From NCBI GenBank assembly GCA_965233585.1, contig CBDDTI010000398.1:1-11524 (forward strand): a stretch of 11,524 bases of DNA. The letters are read 5' to 3'. The position numbers were made by a program, and so were the translations under genes. This DNA is from a bacterium. Its GTDB lineage: Bacteria > SAR324 > NAC60-12. Below the pieces are notes generated by a model that worked only from the letters and a program-made list of their open reading frames with translations, did not search any database and was not told the origin of the DNA. Shown here piece after piece: positions 7,878-11,524 of the stretch; within the stretch, counting starts at the first letter, position 1; each line of letters begins with the position of its first letter.

Positions 7878-10800
7878 GGCATAATGGCGTGTGAGTGATT
7901 TGTGTTTGAGGTTGTCATCTACTGGTTTATCAAGGAAAACAATGTACCAGCGTTCTCTTCCGAAGAAAAACAGTGGCCGTAACTGAGCGAGGTCTAATTA
8001 TGTCGTAGTTGCACGAATTATGGCCTTAAAATCGTTTGGTCGGAGCTTGAAGGCAAGAGATTATCAAGCCACCATAAGATGTCAAGAAAATCTAAGGTGA
8101 AGTGGACGGATCAAATGTACGAGGACGTGCTCGAATGCAAAAGAAAGGCACAGGAACTAATAACATCCGACAGAGCCCCAGTTAATGGTAATGGAAGGAA
8201 AAAGGGATACATAGAGGTTTTGACAGATCTGTCGAACGCTAAAGGGTATGGACACCTTGGACTGAAATCTCAAAATTTGCGGGACCAAGCATCAAGATTT
8301 GAAAAAATTCAAGAAGGGTCAGTGTACATTAGCTTGAGTAATTCGAGGGCGATGTCAGGGATTGATGAATCTATGTACGGTGGCGGAACTCAGTCTGTTT
8401 CTAATATTGATCATTCGGGCAAAGCAGATTTATTTAGTTTGAATGTTCAAACGGCTGGGAGGGATGAATCACGGTATGCTAATTCAACAGCAGGCACAAT
8501 ACTGTTAATGAGCCAGCTATGATCACTTGGGGCATAAAGAGTGATGACAGTCTCATTGTTTTACCGACAACTATCATATCAGATGCTTATAATGAGATTG
8601 TAACCTGAGGAAAGAAAAATCGATAGAGAATTTATTGATCAAGTTACATTGCATATTAACGACTGGAACAGCAGCTCCGACAATCAGCACATATCATTGA
8701 AAGCAGCCTTTGTCCTTCTGGCTGTAGCACTTCAAAAGCCAGGCCCGAAATCCAAGACAAAAGACCACCAGGAAGCCTTATCCAAACGCCTTATGCTCTG
8801 GAAGCAAGGGGAAATCAGCAAGTTGCTACGAGAAGGTAGAATTCTTCAGGGCCGTATTGGAAAGCTTAAGACATCTGATCCCCCGGAAAAATCGAAAGTT
8901 TTTGCTAAACTTGTGCTGGAAGGTCAAATCAACTCAGTGCTGCGCTTCCTTAGCGAAACGTCAACCGGACGCGTGCTGGAGCTAACGGATGACGTCATGG
9001 CCCAGTTAAAAGAGAAACACCCAAATCCACAACCAGCAACACTGGGCTCACTTCTCTTCGGGCCGATTGACGATGATATCCCTGAATCGGTATACTCAGA
9101 GATAAATGGTGACATGGTAAGGCAGGCTGAACTAAGAACAAAGGGATCAGGGGGGCCATGCGGGGTTGACGCCAATGGCTTTAGAAGAATCCTGGCTTGC
9201 AGGTCCTTTAAACAGTCGTCTACAAAACTATGCGAGGTGATAGCTACAATGACAAAGACCCTATGTACAACATATATTGACCCTGCAACCATTGAGCCAC
9301 TGGTGGCAAGCCGGTTGATTCCCCTGGATAAAGGCGAGGGTGCGGAAAGGCCATTAGGAGTGGGTTAGGTAATACGAAGGATAATTGGAAAGTCTGTAAT
9401 GAACGTTGCCAGGGGAGACGTGGTTGAGGCGAGGGGCTCACTCCAGCTATGTGCAGGCCAAAAGACTGGAAGCGAGGCTGCTATACAAGCTATGAATACT
9501 GTATTTGAAGCAGATCACACGGACGCAGTATTGCTAATCGATGCTTCTAACGCATTCAATGCACTTAACAGAGCAACTGCATTGCACAACATCCGGGTTC
9601 TTTTTCCTGTATTTGCAGTCTACGCCATTAACACTTACAGGAAGTCAGCACGCCTATTCATTACTGGCGGCAAAGAGATCGTGTCAGCAGAAGGTACAAC
9701 ACAGGGTGACCCGCTGGCTATGGGCCTGTATGCCTTAAGTGTGCCGCCGCTGATCACGAGCCTAGGGGCGGCGTCCAGTATCAAACAGTGCTGGTTTGCA
9801 GATGATGCATGTGGAGCTGGCTCTATACTGGAAATCAAGAAATGGTGGGACACCCTCAACGCCCTTGGCCCAGACTTCGGGTATTTTCCCAACGCCTAGA
9901 AGTGTTGGATTATCTCAAAGGAAGATAAAGAGGAAAGCGTCAAACAAGTGCTCAAGGACACGGCTGTCAATGTAACCGTACAGGGACACAAACACCTGGG
10001 TGCTGTGATAGGCTCAAGAGAATATTTAGAAGAATACGTCAGTCAGAAGGTAAGCAACTGGGTCAGTGAGGTCACCAATGCAAGCTGGCAGAGTTTGCCC
10101 TTTCTCAACCAGAAGCGTGTTATGCTGCTTACACCCTTGGCCTGAAACATCGTTGGACGTATTTTTTGAGAACTCTGCCAGATATTCAAGATTTATTGGA
10201 GCCACTGGAGAATGTCATATCTAAGATACTTATCCCGGCAATTACGGAACATATCTGCAGTCGGCTAGACAGGGACATTCTAGCACTTCCAGTCCGTCTA
10301 GATGGGCTAGGCATGACAAGCCCATGTCTTGAAGCACTTCTCGAGCAATCCTCTTCTGTTAAAGTTACCACCCCGCTGGTCCGACAGATCGTGGCTCAGT
10401 CACATCAGATGCCGGATGATTCTCTTGTCAAGCCACTACAACAGGCAGTGAGGAGTGAGAGGACAAAGGCGCTCCAAGACAGAGCAGCGCATATCAGAGA
10501 GGTAGCTCCACAGAAAGTCCAGCGAACACTTGATCTTGCCGCGGAAAAAGGGTCTTCAGTTTGGCTGACAATACTTCCCCTTCGTGAAATGGGTTTCAAC
10601 CTAAATAAGAGGGAGTTCCGCGAGGCAATCAAACTGCGTTATGATTGGCCGGTTGATGATATCCCCTCCACCTGTGTATGTGGCGATACTTTCACAGTAG
10701 ACCGGGCAATGATATGCAAGCGAGGTGGGTTCGTTAGCCAACGCCACAATGAGCTGAGAGATTCAGAAGCCGATCTTCTGAGTATAGTATGTAGTGACGT

Positions 10801-11472
10801 TGAGATCGAGCCTATCCTTCAAGATATCTCGGGAGAACAGCTAGGATGGGGTTCTAATCGGGCTCCAGATGCGAGATTAGATATCCACGCACGCGGGTTC
10901 TTGGAGAACCAACGTTCAGCATTCTTCGACGTGAGGGTCTTTCACCCTAATGCTGATTCGTATAGGGACCTGGAGCTCCAAAAGATATACCGCAATCATG
11001 AGAATGAGAAGAAGCGCCTATACTCGAGGAGAGTTTTGGACATTGAACACGGAACTTTCACACCCCTTATTTTCACTTCAATGCGCGGTATGGGGAAGGA
11101 ATGCTTGCAATACCATAGCAGACTAGCGCAGCTGATCTCCATCAAGAAATGAGAAGATTATGCAAAAACAATCTCCTGGATAAGAGCAAGGACATCTTTC
11201 GCTTTATTAAGATCCGCACTAATCTGCCTTAGAGGATCGAGAGCTAGAAGAAAAGCCTTTTGTGATTTTAAGAACGTTGACATTGACATTGAAATTCAAG
11301 AAGGAGCCATAATGTAATTTTCAAGAACACTTAATTGCTGTTTTATGCCTTCGTTTTATTCTTTAATTAGACCTTATAATTTTCTAGTAAAGTAATTATT
11401 TATTGATTGATACTACACATAAATTATTACTTCTTTTCAATTGGCCTGAATTTTGTTGTAAATGAGAGGTGA
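7878..11472 (+). mobile_element. Non-LTR retrotransposon with restriction-like endonuclease (CRE-clade-like), near full length, inactive
   Basis: About 200 nt of 5' UTR starting at the AAT tract, one long disrupted ORF and a T-rich 3' UTR. The 3' boundary is approximate and no tail repeat is visible. Confidence 0.85.
8079..11317 (+). pseudogene. Single polyprotein: Myb/SANT-like N-terminus, RT, zinc knuckle and PD-(D/E)xK-type endonuclease
   Basis: RT motifs: [75 protein letters not shown]-terminus: CVCG...(H>R)AMIC, RHNELRD, EPILQ, RLDI, FFDVRV, EKKRLY, FTPLIF. Lesions: frameshifts/deletion at ~8500-8625, TAG at 9366-9368, TAG at 9897-9899, an ~5-nt insertion near 10079 and TGA at 11150-11152. 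Reading past that TGA gives [30 protein letters not shown]...GAIM, with the natural stop at 11315-11317. Confidence 0.92.
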
Positions 11473-11524
11473 GAGAATATTGTATCATCATAAGAAACAT
11501 TATGCTCATTGAGTTCATAGTTTA

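Noticed and set aside
8924..10632. Minus-strand and alternative-frame ORFs within the CRE-like element
   Set aside because: Shadow ORFs of the polyprotein with no independent evidence.

Overview
AT-rich eukaryotic (metazoan) genomic DNA made up mostly of decayed transposable elements. The mix of repeat types suggests a cnidarian/coral-like host, which is inference only. No intact host gene can be supported. In order: (1) the 3' part of a Penelope-like retroelement (RT + GIY-YIG, with a deletion/frameshift at ~1290) whose 3' region holds a minimal variant hammerhead ribozyme; (2) a heavily decayed DIRS/Ngaro-type retrotransposon (gag-like, RT and RNase H remnants), interrupted by a non-coding insert with inverted repeats and a 114-nt hairpin; (3) two diverged tandem copies of a MITE-like non-autonomous element; (4) two tRNA-derived SINEs; (5) ~1.7 kb of unassigned, strand-skewed DNA; (6) three (AAT)n tracts; (7) a near full-length but pseudogenised non-LTR retrotransposon with Myb-like, RT, zinc-knuckle and restriction-like endonuclease domains (CRE-like) that starts right at the last AAT tract and may carry a broken hammerhead in its 5' UTR. 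I cannot claim a clearly new system. The best leads are the hairpin-ended insert, the two ribozyme-like motifs and the apparent insertion stack in the AAT microsatellite.
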